From NCBI GenBank assembly GCA_977030845.1, contig OZ365110.1:38750001-38814000 (forward strand): DNA of 64,000 nt, given 5' to 3'. The notes beneath the pieces were generated by a model. The model was given only the letters and a program-made list of their open reading frames with translations, was not told the origin of the DNA and ran no database searches. The stretch's first letter is position 1; each line of letters starts with the position of its first letter. A program made the translations under genes and the position numbers. Of the stretch, positions 22,901 to 36,627 are shown in pieces. This DNA comes from Fimbriosthenelais zetlandica. Its lineage: Eukaryota.

Positions 22901-25900
22901 TAGTACATGCCTGAGACCTGCATATGGAATTTAAGAATCTACTTAAAATGCAAATATGTTCCTCCTGATTACTGAGGATGATTCAGGCTTAATTTCATAC
23001 AACCTCATGAAAGTACACAGAGCTTAAGCTTGAATTAATGTCTTTACCCCTAACCCTCACCTCTCGCTGAGGCCTTTTCCACCTATGCTATCCCCCTACT
23101 TGCCCTCAACTTACCCCCAGCCCTTGCCTCCCCACCCACACCATGCCCAGTCCCGATCATTACATGTCGAGATAAATGTCATAAATCAGCTTCTAACAGC
23201 ACCCTGCCATTCAGCCCCTGCAAAGTACATTACTCCCTCTGACTAGGACCAGATGGCTGGGGACAACTAGTGGGCATGATCGAATTTGTGGCCGGTATGT
23301 CTGAATCATTTTGAATTGGAGGGACTGTAGAAGAGGAGGTAATAGAAGCCATGGTTGGACCTCATGACTGTTCTGGTATGGACCCAGATGTTGGTTTGAT
23401 ATTACAGGCCCTGGGATAAAGCATATTAGTGTTTGTCATTGAAGGAGAGTAGTTGTTGGCCTATTATCACTCCCTGTTCTGAACGCATATTTCATAGAAA
23501 TGAAATATGGATCTTGCATTGTGAAGATGATAATAATGTATACACTTCTGTCCGGGTAGGCTACGACTCGGCAGAGATTAAGATTTGCACAGCACCATCA
23601 TACACTACGTACGTTACATTGCATCCATTCCCACCAACAAACAAAATGTGTTGGATAAATTAGCCAGATACTAGGGCCATGTTTGAATAGAGCAATCCTT
23701 CTTGTCGTCCATGGACTGCCCTGACGGGTGTGATAATATCTTGTATATAGTACCAGAGATATCTCTGGTTCATTAATCCATGATATGATCAGTCACAAAA
23801 TATGACCAAAGAAGTACAAACAAAGCTGAGAATGAGGGGGAATAATATCCCCCCATGTACTAATAATGGCCCTACCATGACTGTAGAGACAAGATAACCA
23901 TCACCAGCAGGCCTCCAACGTCAAGTTTGATATAGTGGCCTTTCCGCTCGCCACCTCGTCTCAATATCAAGAGGCCTTCCACTGCAATCAAGTCCCAGCG
24001 TCAGAACATAAGGAAATGATCAGCCTTCTGTGAATTTGCCTTCATTTCGTCCTTTAATTAAAACATAATTAGCTACTCTTTTTATAGGTTTGGTTTGCAA
24101 AGACCAAAAGGGGAGGATGGTTGAGCTAAAGTCTTTCATGGAAGTGGGCTCACTTGAAGGTTTTGAAGCCAGAGGAATGGAGGTGATTTCCTGAAGCAGC
24201 CATGGTAGTAATCCTGATGTGTTTTTTCTCTGTCTCTTTTCTAGCCAAGCCAAGCTTTATTCTGTAGAATTATGGTGGTGTTAGGAGAGGGATAGAGGGA
24301 CAAGTAGATCTCATAGTGCGCCTGACAGGTTGGGATTTATGGCATCTGTAATTATTGTTTGAACAGGACTTCTCCGGGCAGCCATGTACTTGTAGGCACG
24401 GGCTCATGGCCTACCTTGGCAGGAGGTGAGAGGACTCAAGATTGGCATTCAGGGGATGGAAAGGGTGAGGAACCTTATGGTGAGAGAATACATCTTTACG
24501 TTAAGGCCTGAAAAGTACAGCTTAAATTATTTTGGCCTCAGCAAATATCCTGTGTACTCATTCATTGTTTCGTTTAACATGCTAAAGCATGATTACAGCA
24601 GGAAGAAGGAAAGCTTTCTCCATGTATAGGTTAGGTCAAATAATTTTAACTATTGAGACTCTCATTCATTTGAAAATTTATAATCAAACAGGACAGTCTA
24701 TAATACTGCCTGTTGTCTTCTTGGTCCTTTATCAGGATGAATATTGACAACGTCCATGCAGGCATGTGGAGGTCCTTCTGGGAGCCTGCATATGTGATGG
24801 GAGCACCTGCTTCCTTGCGCTGGCTGGAAAGGGCATATTAGGAAGCTATGTGACTCATGAGGACTTACATGATATGGAAGGAAAAATAGTTGTTTTACTT
24901 CCCATAACAAGCACATTGATAAACAGGTGGTTGCCAAATTAGTAAGAGTCAAATGGAGTGAAAAACATGTTTTGTAAAACCAGCAAAACCCAACAGCATA
25001 TTATCCCCCTCTTCTGAAGTTAGCCACCTTTCTGGATTGACTTTGAATTTCTACAATTGTAAATTTGAAGAGTTCAAAGTACATAAATATATAATATATT
25101 ATACCTGAAGCTAACAAACCCCTTTTGGGGCATACCATTGATGCGCCTCTTGTGAGTAGATAACACCCTTTTCCCATAAAATCGCCTGGGCCTTCTGGAT
25201 GACCAGATTCCAGCTTGACAAGTGAAATGCCATCAACATGACAAGTGGTATCAATTCACCTGAACTATAGCATCGCGAGATGCATCATTGAAGCACGGGT
25301 AGACTCCTGCTCTGCCACTAACAATGTCATCCAGTGACTAGGAGACAATGCTTGTTAGCAGCTGATGGTGGTTATATTGGGATAGGGCAGTTTCAATCTA
25401 AGAGCAGCCTGATGACCGACCTTTCTAACCCTCTGGCATTTTCAAGAGTCTCTGACTGGAAACATGCTAAATTGGGTTGAGAAGTATATGTACTACATAT
25501 TAAGGTATCATGTATGCACTGCCAGGTGGAAAACTATTGCATGTTTCGATGATTTAAAGATGTTATTTTTAAAACATTAGCTTTAAACATGCAATTTGCT
25601 TCAATGAAATGATGCCAATATTTGTCTTTAGCTCCCACCTCTATACAGACAATCTGAAGGCACCATTAGTCGTTATAAGGGATATCTTGAAGGCTTCTCA
25701 CACGTTTATAAATGCGTGTAGTGGTTCTAGGCCCTGTAAACAAGTTGATTTCTGGTTAGGCTGAATAGACACTGAAAGTCCCATGTTCCTTTCGAGTTGA
25801 CAAATCAGGGCAAAGGGTTTCATTAGCAGGGAATACTGTACATGAATCTTTGCAGTGCTTTCAATAATGACATTCCCCTCTGGGGAGAGGGCCCCATATT

Positions 25901-26426
25901 TACCTCCTCAGAAGGGATGAGTTGGAGGATGAGTCGCTCGCATTTTGAAGGATGAAACGCGACAGTCCTCCCCGTTAACGTGTCCTTCTCCCCTTGGTCT
26001 CACTCTCTCGCACTATTTCCCCCTCCCCCACAGCCTCTATACCATACATCGAGCAGTCTGCCTGTGATCGCATTAACTCAACATTATCTAAATGACAGAG
26101 ATAGCCTTCTGGCACTGCTTGTGTATCATAAAGCAGTAGCTGGCAAATATATACAGCTCCCGGCAGCCTGCGTCAAAGCAGTCAGTGCCATCAAACGGAG
26201 GCGAAGAAGGGTCAGTGGAAAGGAAATAAATCAAGCGCTATAGAGATTGCTATATACCTGTATGATGATCTTAAGTCCTATTTTCTCTTAACTCTGAGGC
26301 GGCGATCTATTATACATGCATGTAGGTAACATGTTTTACTTTTGTGTTTTAACCTGCATGACAGAAATCAGTAGCCTGAGATTTTCAAATAAATTGGTTA
26401 AAAAGAAAAAAAAAGTATATTGTTAC

Positions 26427-26631
26427 CAGGCCCAGATCCAAACCGATGCCACCGATGCCATGGCATCGGTCTGACTGATAAAAGCATCGATACATGTATG
26501 TATGTTGAAAAGCATCGGTCAATTTTTCAACATTTTTAGTCCCCAAACTCCCCCCACCCCTTAAATATAAAGGACCACACTTTGAACATCAAAGGAGTTG
26601 GGACATAAGCTTAGCCTTGGGTCGGGGTCTG
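26427..26631. mobile_element. Possible non-autonomous DNA-transposon relic (~205 bp)
   Basis: Imperfect 15-bp TIRs caggcccagatccaa / ttgggtcggggtctg (12/15), internal 20-bp palindrome accgatgccatggcatcggt and repeated gcatcg; no TSD found. Confidence 0.4.
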
Positions 26632-29600
26632 TAAACGTTGATTCACTAGCTTGCTGACTTTACTTGACATGTATATCCTTGAATGGAACTCGTTTGTCAA
26701 ATGAAATATTTCACTCTAGATATTATACAGTGTCTGCTACGCTTCACTAGGATATTACCTGTCATTATGTTTATTTGGCTCTTTTACACGTTAATTTGCA
26801 GCCATATTACCCTTTTGACACACTTTCACTGGCTCCTACAAAACATATTTTTCTGTACTTCTCAATTAACTAGTTAATCTAGTTTAAACTATTCGAAGCC
26901 GCGTAAATGCTACCAAAAATAGCCTTTGCTTTCCCAGAAAATCCTGGCCATGACTTCCATAGATTCAACTTTTTATGCAGATTTCTATTGTCCATTTAAA
27001 GTCCATTACAGTTCATATGAGACATTAAATTTCATTCAACGCCGTGTACAAATCTCTCACCGAATTTTGGTGGGGTTATATGGAATTGTGTTTTGTGGAA
27101 TAGTGTCTATATGTAAAACCGCAAGATCCAGGGGGCAATGATTTAACATCCCAGTATTATGGAAGTAGGATGCTTATCTTCCAAATGCATTGAAAACCTA
27201 AATGTAACCCCGGCCACTGCTCGATGTATAGTTTAATAATTTCTATTCCTAGTTTTCACTCTATACTTGGCTGCATGAAATGCCACCTTTAAAATAATAG
27301 TGTGTTGTATCAAAATTGCGAAATATCCTTTCAGATTGCTAATTAAGTTTCTTGCAATTTATTTTTGCAATCTGGCAATTCCCCACTGTCTGCAGATGCA
27401 ACTAAGCCATACACTAATTGCTGGTAAGGTATAGGCTCGCTGCCAACTTTGGCCAGTCCCTCTGGGGTTGCTGTAGCTAGAGCTTTCTCTGCCATGATTA
27501 TTTCCCAAGAACATTAGCGGCCGGTGCGAAGGTGGCCTTAAGACGATCCAACCCTGATTTAACGTTTGACTCTCAGTCGATCTCTCGGATGAACCACGGC
27601 ATGGAGCTCCAACCAAATGAGAGAATAATGCAGCCAATGCATATATGGCTGGAGCTATTATACTTACGAGTGAAGGTTATAAAGTTCCTGATGTTTCCTT
27701 CTGTCCGGGCCATGTGACATATCCATTCTGAGGTTGCCCCACCGTATTACTTTTGTCCTATATCTCATTCGATCGCAAAAGCTTTTCCCGGCAATTCATC
27801 CTTTCACCTGTATATTCCAGAGGTCTGTTTCGAAAGAAGGACAGGCTTTATCATTGACTATCGAGTGTAATTAACCTTCTTTTGAAACGGACCTCAGAAC
27901 GATAGTCAGACCTAGAAGTCAGTTAAACCATTACCTGTGCAGTGTCTTCTGTCTCAAGAGCTAATAGTGTTCAAGCCGGACTTGAATTAGACCATTGTGT
28001 GCGCCTTGAAGACCTCAAATCCTCATTTTATATACTAGCAATCAGCACTTCAGGTCAGCTTCATGGCCGTTAGTGTTCCATTAAACCAACGAGTTGCTCA
28101 TTGTGAGCTTGAGCAACAGATCTAAATGACAACACGGCCGATAAGTTGGTGGTCTTATTAGAACTTTTAATGGTCACTGCTTCTTTTATGCACAACACGA
28201 TCGTGGAGACAACAGACGGTTGGTTTTGCCGCGCAAACACAATTTGGTGACACGTCAGTTGCAGGTTGTTGGCTGCTTCGGGACTCCCGGAGTTGCCAAG
28301 TGATGCTTTCCATTGTACGTGAGCGAAGCTGTTAAGGGCAACTTGTGCTCAAGACAGGAGAAAATGTGAGCTACACATCTTGCGAATCAATTGCCTACTG
28401 AGCAATACCTTGGCATGAATACCTTGAAATGAAGGTTCTTTACCCGCATTATCGCTCATGCATGCACATTTCTAATTGTGATTGATTTCGGCAAATATTT
28501 GATTCAGCCCTTATTTTTAAGATGAAGTATTCAATAAATGGTGTCACTATACCTACTTAATCATTATGGGAGTGATATATGTAAAACATTTAAATGTTAA
28601 AATGCATCATATCTTTTAGTTAAGTTGGCCATGTTCCATTTAAGATGATAGTCCCATGTCACAGCTTTGAAAGGTTATTGTACATCTCTTCATTTCTCGG
28701 GGAGTAGCATTTTATCTTTCATGGCACAAGAAAATGTCTCATCGCAGATGTACTATTTGCATCTATTATCGCTCAGGTGTGGATGGGATGGTAATAACCG
28801 GAAACTGCGCACTCTGGATGCGCAGTGACATTCCCTTGAGGATGCGCTTCTAGAGTAACCCTTGGTGTGCAAACACTTGGGCCAAGGCAAGCAGAACGTA
28901 GTTTTCCTGACATTCATGCAAAGGAGTTTTTTTGCTATAGCCTAATTAAAGAATGCATAGCGACCGTCTGGATGATTTTGTATCACAAAGAATCATTTAT
29001 CAGAATGTTTTTAGTCCATTTTTTCTCCAGAGCTCTTGCATCTGTTGAACGTCAGGAGGAAAATTAGTTTTCTTATTATAAAATAGGCATACTTTACTTT
29101 TCGTGAATGATATTTTTGTCCTTCCTGTTCCAGAGCTTTCACAGATTGTATTCCAACTAACTAATAATACATATCATTTGTGCTGAGATCTCAAATATAC
29201 TCCGAAAGTGCAATGTGCATGGCTGGAATATAATTCTAACCAAAATGACTTCATTATGTCCATGGAAATTATGAAAATAAAGGTGTTATAAATATTGGAA
29301 GGGTATCTGATATCATATCCTATTTTTGTTAGACTACATCACTTTTTAAAGGCAGGAAGCAGGTCTAATTCCACTCTTGGCCTGCTAGGCATCACATGTA
29401 TACAGAGCATACAAGGCAGTAACTCACCATTTCCATAGACGTTCCTGTCGCCAGTGGGTCCCAGACCATGGAATATGCCCTGGTTACCTATGCAATAATT
29501 GAACGGCAAACATTAAGGTGGCTAGAATGGTAATAAAACATCATCCCATGGCCATGCATGTTGCAGGTCTTCCCTCTAATTCACAAGACCCACCGCTGCA

Positions 29601-30109
29601 TGGACTTTGCACCGGAAGGTTAATTGGTTCATTATAGACTGTGCGTGTGGATGCAAATATAGTTTCAGAGGCGCTGCCCATTATTGTAGTTCTTGTTCAT
29701 ATCAACAGAGAGGTTTTATTACATGTCATTAGAGCCAATAGGTTATCGAGAAACAGTAATTCATTCATTCGGGGCAACCAACCTGTCCTAAACATAATTT
29801 GAAGCACAATATAATAATAAGATAATAAAATGGTATAGTTTTATTCAACAAATCTTTGCCATAACATTGTCACTGTCTTTACTGTCTTACATGGGTTCAC
29901 AATCCACTTAATTTCTGATGATAATAATATTTTGATCAGGCCGATCGCCAACAGAACTACAACATCCTGGTAGTCAGTTTTTTTTGTTCTGTATCTGTCA
30001 AGTAACCACTGAATGAATTGTGATATCAGAACACACTTCATCATGGTACAAACCGCCCTCTTTCCCCATGTTGACTCATTTCATATCTAACAATGGCGGG
30101 CGAGTAGGG

Positions 30110-30343
30110 CTAGCTAGTGTTACTGTCAGTTTTACTGATCCTTCTCTTTAATCCCCCAGCCTCTGACTGACCATTCACTCGATGATCAATGTACTTGGCC
30201 TCTGGGTCCCTTGGGCTAGAAACATCATGATTGTGAACGTCAGTGCCGAGTCTGACCCAGCTTCCAACCCAGCCCATGACCTTTCCATCACCTTCCAGCG
30301 CCATCTCAAAATACCACATTGTTTGATGCCAAAATAATAGGGT
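30110..30343 (-). CDS. Possible orphan terminal coding exon
   Basis: Acceptor ttttttgccatgcag followed by an open frame TLLFWHQTMWYFEMALEGDGKVMGWVGSWVRLG...GGLKRRISKTDSNTS*. No family recognised and no linked upstream exons. Confidence 0.22.
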   Translation of the reverse strand, partial: TLLFWHQTMWYFEMALEGDGKVMGWVGSWVRLGTDVHNHDVSSPRDPEAKYIDHRVNGQSEAGGLKRRISKTDSNTS

Positions 30344-33300
30344 CTGCATGGCAAAAAATGCAGGTGATGGACACCGAATAGGGAAATTAGTTTGGGACTT
30401 TCGATCATCCCTGAAGAGGTTTAGATGACATATGTTAAATGTGAAAGTGTTGATGCTATTATGTCAGGGCCGTATGGGAAACGGGGTGCACCATGGATCA
30501 GGGAATGACAGGAAAATACTGTGGAGCTACCCTGTGAGGTTATCAGAAATGTGGATCCATGTATATCGTTGGTGCAATTTATGATTGTTGGCTTGGAAGG
30601 AGCAAACTACATAATGTGGATGTAATATTCTCTCGGTATGGCATCAAAACATATGGAAAAGGAATGGCCCATTTAGCACTGTTTCCTCATTTTACTAACG
30701 CAATAATCGAAAACAAGGCCATCGCTTGCCAATGAGAATAGGAGCTTGATTTGATCAAAGTATTGTCTACACTAATTAGGCGACATGGCTGAATGGAAAA
30801 ACATAGCGTTTCATAATCCATTTATCGAATGGCAGAGCTCACTCGTGGTAACTAGAAGGAGGATGTTGTTTCATGCCAAAATGAACCACAAAATAAGGAT
30901 TGGAAATACAATTATGTTGTTGAGCACAATTCCACTATTAGGATTCTATTGTGGTGCCACACATAAATTTGCTTTTATAAGATAATGCTAATTATAACAG
31001 TAGTCCATGACTGCCTTCTATTTTCAAATACACAATATTCTTTGTTTCTTTGCGCCTTTCATGTAGGTCATAACTGTACCTATCAGAATAGTATATTAGA
31101 TCCTAGTTCATACTCCTCCTTTGCCAAACAAAGTATTAGATTTTAACGCTGTTCATACAGACCTACTGAGAACTTCAAAAATGACACATTGGACAACTTG
31201 TTGATGGGTCTCACAAACTCTCATTGCATATAGACTGATAGCTCCACAAAACCTGGCAGAACGTAGGCGATAGCATTCTGTCACCAAAATACAAAAGACA
31301 TCAACGACGCAGCTAAAAATAAAATTATTATGTAGGCCTTTTCACCTACATATATGATACAGTGGCATTCCTCCTGTGGAGATCCGATATTAGGAGTTCC
31401 TTCAGAGAACGCACCTCATTTGTTGTGAATGAAGTGTCATGTTAGGGGAGGTTCATGAAGTTCATCTATAGAGATGGTCATATCTCAGGCTGGTGGCCTA
31501 TAGCAGGCCACCAGAGTTTGAGTGGGCTTACCCTGTAATTGCTCCTGACACAAATGGCTGCATCATCTCATAATCAACCCTCCCATCACGTCTATCCTCT
31601 CCTCTCCCCCGACGATCTCTCCCTCCCCAACCCCCACCCCTTCTCCCTCATTTACATCTCCCGCCTCTTATAGTGGCATCCAGCAAGCCACCATTTACCC
31701 ATTAGAGGGCTAAATGCAAAGTGGCATATTCAATTTTAACACTGCTGGGGTTTTTCAAATTGCACAAGGCATGAGTACACATTGGATTGCAATCTTTGAT
31801 GAAATTTGTGTAATTTCTCGCGGCTTGCGGAAGTTTCTGGTGATGGAGTTCTTTTGCAGACCCTTTCTTATGAGCTTTTCCAGGGCATATATCTTTCAAA
31901 GGACTGCCAATACGTGTTAATGTAATCGACCAAATGAGGACTGAATGGAATGTAAACGAGTGCAAGAGCATCGTGACTGATTTACAGACGCTTACCTTAT
32001 AGTCTGTACTCTATAGAATATACCTTGAAGTCATCCCAGCTATCTTCAAGTATTTCAGTTAGTACATTTTTAAATGAAAGTATTTGACATCAATGTTAAT
32101 ATTAACATTCCAGTCAAAAGCATAGACCTATATATAGGCCTATAACATAGTTGAATTGACTTTGTAGTTAGCAATGGATAATCGTTTCAAAAGTTTATGT
32201 TCATGAGAATGGTACTTCCATCACTCTTACATGTTAATCTTGGCCTGAGAAAGAATCTAAGTAGAAATTGCTCCAAATAGTGTCCAATAAAATGCCAAAG
32301 GCGGGGTTGGCCGACCTGCTTTTGCAAGTTCCGAGGTAACTTTAAGCAAAGAACCAGTTCAATGTCGACTCGTGGCACGAGATAACCTTTGTATTACTCA
32401 AGGACAATTATGTTAATTGGAAAGGTGAGTACATGGACCAAGCGGTTGCCATGGTTATAACGTGTGCATTTCATTAGTCAAATGCATCTTATTGACGTGA
32501 TTTTAAAGCCATTGTGGCAGCGCCTGTAATCGATTTTAGGGTCAGCGACAAATCGGATGTGACCGTTTTGTCGTCATTGGGTAGAGGTGTAAGTTAACTC
32601 TGAGAATGTATAATTTACATACTATACGCTTATAGTTATAGTGCCGAATCTCAGTATACATTTAATTATATTGGTCATAACCATAAGCTACTTGCGTCCA
32701 TGCCCAGTAGTATAAGGAACTGTACTTTCTATCAGGTACGTTTTATCATCGAATTTTTAAGGTAGTATATGAAAATGGTCTTAATGTCCAGGCATGTCCA
32801 CATGTTATTCAGATCATTTTGTATCATTAAATGCAGCTGGAAATAACTGGTAATTTCAATTATGCATACCGTGGGAATATTTGCTTACTAGTAATAGAAA
32901 AATTGTGGGCTATTGACTCAGGGCAGATTACCAATGATCTAAGTCATCCCACATTCTATGTTATTTAATCCGGGCGCATTCTGTATAGTATACATGCGAA
33001 TTTTAAAGTTTTTGAATTTCCTTTGTATATCGAGGTATAAAGCCAAGATGAACAAAAGAAAGATGATACATTCTATAGCAGGCTTAATAATAAAATAACC
33101 CTGCACAAATAGATATTGGAATGTGAATGGAGTCATGGTTTGACAATAAAAGAAAAGTGATGGCTAATGTGACTTTTACGTGTACTCAAATGACAGGAGT
33201 GCACATGCGGGTATATGGCATCAACACTCCATATATTCCATCTATGACCCTGTCTGCAAATAGGAATATAAATGAACCTCCTCCCTCATGCATAAATCAG

Positions 33301-33576
33301 TTAGATGGCCATCTGCATGGTGAATAATATCATGATTTTTATCCTAGTATGTATACATGTAGTTTTATAGTACACTGCCATAAATCTTATCTAATAAAAA
33401 TGTCATTATGCCTGAAGCCTGTAATAAGTTATTTTCAGCAAATTCTGATTAATTCAAATCTGCATGACCGTTTGGCATAAATGGACAGATGAATGTGTTA
33501 TACAAAATGGAACAAACCCCAAAACAAGACTCAAAAACATTGCATCTGTAATCAGTTAAAATGATCATGTATGGAA

Positions 33577-33913
33577 ACCACCACGGTGGTGTAGTGGTTA
33601 TAGTGTCTGTCCCGTGTGTGGAAGGTCACTGGTTCAAACCTCGGGCAGGTCATACCAAAAACTGACAAAAATGGGACTAGTGGCTCCCTCGCTTAAATTG
33701 GCACTCAGCAACAAAAGGACAGTACTAGGACTGGTCAACCCGTTGTCAGTATTTATGTGACTGGCTGAGGTATCATGTCATGTGCCTGTGATATATATAC
33801 CTCAGTGAGGCAGCACTATAAAAGTCTTAAAAGAGCATTGGGCTCACTGTCACAAGTAGGCACCGTCCTGATATAGCTGAAAAACTGTTCAACAACCGTA
33901 CGATACATTATAC
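33577..33913 (+). mobile_element. Full-length tRNA-derived SINE, Meta-domain type
   Basis: Pol III A box TGGTGTAGTGG (33587-33597) and B box GGTTCAAACC (33631-33640), followed by ggtcataccaaaaactgacaaaaatgggactagtggctccc...gcactcagca, resembling the MetaSINE core as I recall it. 3' part agtgaggcagcactataaa...ctgatatagctgaaaaactgtt and an (ATAC)-like tail. Flanked by a 17-bp TSD with one mismatch (33560-33576 and 33914-33930). Confidence 0.88.
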
Positions 33914-34499
33914 AATGATCTTGTATGGAATTTTCTTCATTTTTCCAAACTGATTCTCTCCCCCGCCCCCACTATTTCTTTTAGTGCAACTCTCGCGTGC
34001 ACGACCCGAGAAGAAGCCATGGAAGACCTGCATAAAATATCGATAACGTCATGCTAATAGGGCTGACCATGAGTGGGGAGTGTAAAATATGGAGGCTGGA
34101 TGTGCTGACCAGTGTCCTGGATGTTGTGTTAGTGAGCCTTGTCACCAGTGACATTGTCACTATTAGATGTGCCAGACCTTGGCCCAGTGTGAACATGGTC
34201 TGCATTTACATTGCAGAGGAGCCAGGACCTTCACTCCAGCCATTTGCCTTTTGGGCGTCCCCAGGTACCTTGGCCTATAGCATCACTCCCCAGCATCAAA
34301 AAGCGTCTTGCTATGGTCAAATGTGATGAAATTAATAGGCTACTCTTTTGTATTCTCTCCTCTTTTTATTGCATCACTTCCTAGCTGCATGTCAATTCTG
34401 GTTATTATCATGCATGCAGTCAAGAATAGCAAACTATGCAAATTTATATTAGATAATGCATAGGCTACTGCCCCTTTTCTCCCGACTACACCGGGTCTT

Positions 34500-34800
34500 C
34501 AGTTTTCCTTATCCTCTATAGATGTGTCCTGCCTTCTCAACCATGGTCTTATTCCTCCACATCCTTTCCGTATCCTATAGATCCCTTTCGTATCCATATT
34601 CCCTTTTGATTGACCTATATTGTCTAACCTTTCTATTTCCTTCCATTCCCTCCTTCCGTATTCCCTCCCCTTCCTCTCATCACCCTTTTGCCTCCCATCC
34701 ACTTCCCTTTTACCATCATCTTCCTACCTCCATCCCACTTAACCCTTTCCTGACACCTTGGACTAGGCATTGTTTCTCATTAGCACCCCCTCCTTCATCC
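34500..34800 (+). repeat. ~300-bp pyrimidine-rich low-complexity tract
   Basis: Strongly C/T-biased and G-poor on +; explains the spurious ORFs at 34499-34845. Confidence 0.8.
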
Positions 34801-35050
34801 ACCTACTCAATGCTTTTAGTCTTAAGACATAATGTATCAGTATAACTATGACATACTTATCCATAATCTACGCCAAAATGTCATGTGGATCATTTTGTAT
34901 ATTAGAGCTTCATAATGTTACTTCACTGGTATTACCGATGGTAAAATTCAACATATTGACACCTGAAAATGGTGGCACAGTAAAATTGTAAGATGTGCGA
35001 ATCAATGTCCACGGGTTGTATTTAGCCATTAGGCCGAGCCTATAAGCATG

Positions 35051-35373
35051 TCACGTTTGTATTTACACTGGTTGTAGTCCCCTTCTCACCAGGTCTATGA
35101 CTGTCTTTCACCTTTGCTTGAACACAGCGACTCCATTTAGACTCCATTAAGTCATCTTCCATGACTCTGACCTCAGTCGCGTCAACTTTCTCAATGTCTG
35201 ACTGAGTATTCAATATTAATTTTAGCGAAAAGGTCGAGTCTATGCATGAAGTCACGCTTGTATTCACAACGGTTGTAGTCTCTTTCTCACGAGGTCTGGG
35301 TCTTGCATTTTTTGCTTGAACAGAGTCCTCTCCATTCGAATCACCACTTCCTCAATCTTTGACTGAGTATTCA
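35051..35373. repeat. Diverged direct duplication (offset 201 bp at one end, 161 bp at the other)
   Basis: tcacg(t/c)ttgtatt(t/c)aca..ggttgtagtc at 35051 and 35252; tgactgagtattca at 35199 and 35360. Confidence 0.85.
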
Positions 35374-36059
35374 GTAGAATATATCCCGTTTTCAAGTTCA
35401 TCGATGACTGTTTGTACATGATAGACTACCATCAAAGTGAAATGAGAACAGTCTATGTACAGTATTATGCTGCCTATATTCAAACAAGGCCAACTCCCAG
35501 TCAGAAGGAGATCAAATACCGCTACTAACGCTGCTTGTCATGAGTTAATTTTAGGACTATAATATTAAGATCTTGCAACTATTTTTATATAAAAGAAAAC
35601 TCTGCGATCGTACAAAAAAAGTCTTAATGCTTGAGGCGACAAGCAGCCAGACAGTGACTAGTGATTGATGGTTTGTAACAGGGCTTAAATATGAAGACTC
35701 TATAATATTTGGCTAACCGTGTATTTTAAAAAAACTGCAAATCTAATCACTGAAAGTATTGCTTACGATAAATCTTGTTGGTATTAAAACATATGTGAAG
35801 GGCAATAAGCTTTATCATGAGAATGCAAAGGGCTGCATTATTTAGGAGATCATGCTTTGCGAGGAAATGTGGAAATCTTGTATTAAGATTGAAAGAGATC
35901 AATTCCATAAGCGTTGTGTCAATGCATCTCTTCTCATTTGATTTATATCTGACTTTTATGGCAAACCAAAGAAGCAGACATTCGGACCCCTGTTTATTTT
36001 GTAGGTCGTGGCCTGTTTGTATTCTTGCAATTACCCACTGGTGACGCAGATTTTCCTAC

Positions 36060-36200
36060 AGGAGTTGGCCAATCAGAGGCCAGTGTGCGAACGTGTCTCC
36101 AAGTCAGTACCTTCCCAGAGTGCAAGTGCGCGCTTCCATTGATGCTAATGACCCTGGTTCAGTAGTCCAGAGAGAGAAAGAGAGAGAGAGAGAGATGAGA
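36060..36200 (+). promoter_or_regulatory. Candidate promoter of the mir-137 host transcript with (GA)n microsatellite
   Basis: NF-Y-type ggCCAATcag at 36069-36073 in a CpG-containing patch, then (GA)n at ~36167-36200 and a long C/A-rich leader. Confidence 0.45.
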
Positions 36201-36494
36201 GCGATGAGATGAGAGTCACCCACACACCTAGACACCCATATGGAACGCATGGGTTTCTGATAGTGTGCAACCAACACCTCTTCCTCATTGCCATGACAGC
36301 CACCATCACTCACACACCCAACCCACACATACGCACATGCCTCATCATCCTAACCCACACACCCGAGCACTCACCCACAGGGCTTCCACCAGCTCATTCA
36401 CACACACTGAGCCCGCCTCAAACAGCATGTGCTTCTACTACTCACGCTCCGCTACAACCAACCAACCAACCCACCTTCTTCTCTCTCACTCCAG

Positions 36495-36627
36495 TTTTGG
36501 GGACGAACCTCTTTAAACTTTCGCCACTTAAGCTGTCTATGCCTGGCTCAGAGTACCCAAAGGCACCAGTTGCTTCAAGCACCACCTCCTGCACTACTAT
36601 GCACCACCTTGGATCCACCAGCAACCA
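36495..36627 (+). ncRNA. Predicted exon of the mir-137 host transcript
   Basis: Strong acceptor cttcttctctctcactccag (AG 36493-94) and consensus donor CA|GTGAGT (36628). Confidence 0.5.

Noticed and set aside
23752-23769. Short palindromes such as accagagatatctctggt (also near 13071, 14710 and 31486)
   Set aside because: Arms of 8-11 bp with no shared sequence or context; too short to interpret individually.
24088-24130. Acceptor followed by VWFAKTKR, reminiscent of homeodomain helix 3
   Set aside because: It lacks the invariant Asn (WFxN) and hits a stop after 13 codons.
31946-31956. TGGAATGTAAA, identical to the 5' half of miR-1
   Set aside because: The 3' half diverges and no complementary 5p arm lies upstream.
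32546-32573. Small hairpin cgacaaatcgg-atgtga-ccgttttgtcg containing a miR-2001-like seed
   Set aside because: The stem is only 11 bp, the seed falls in the loop and the rest does not match.
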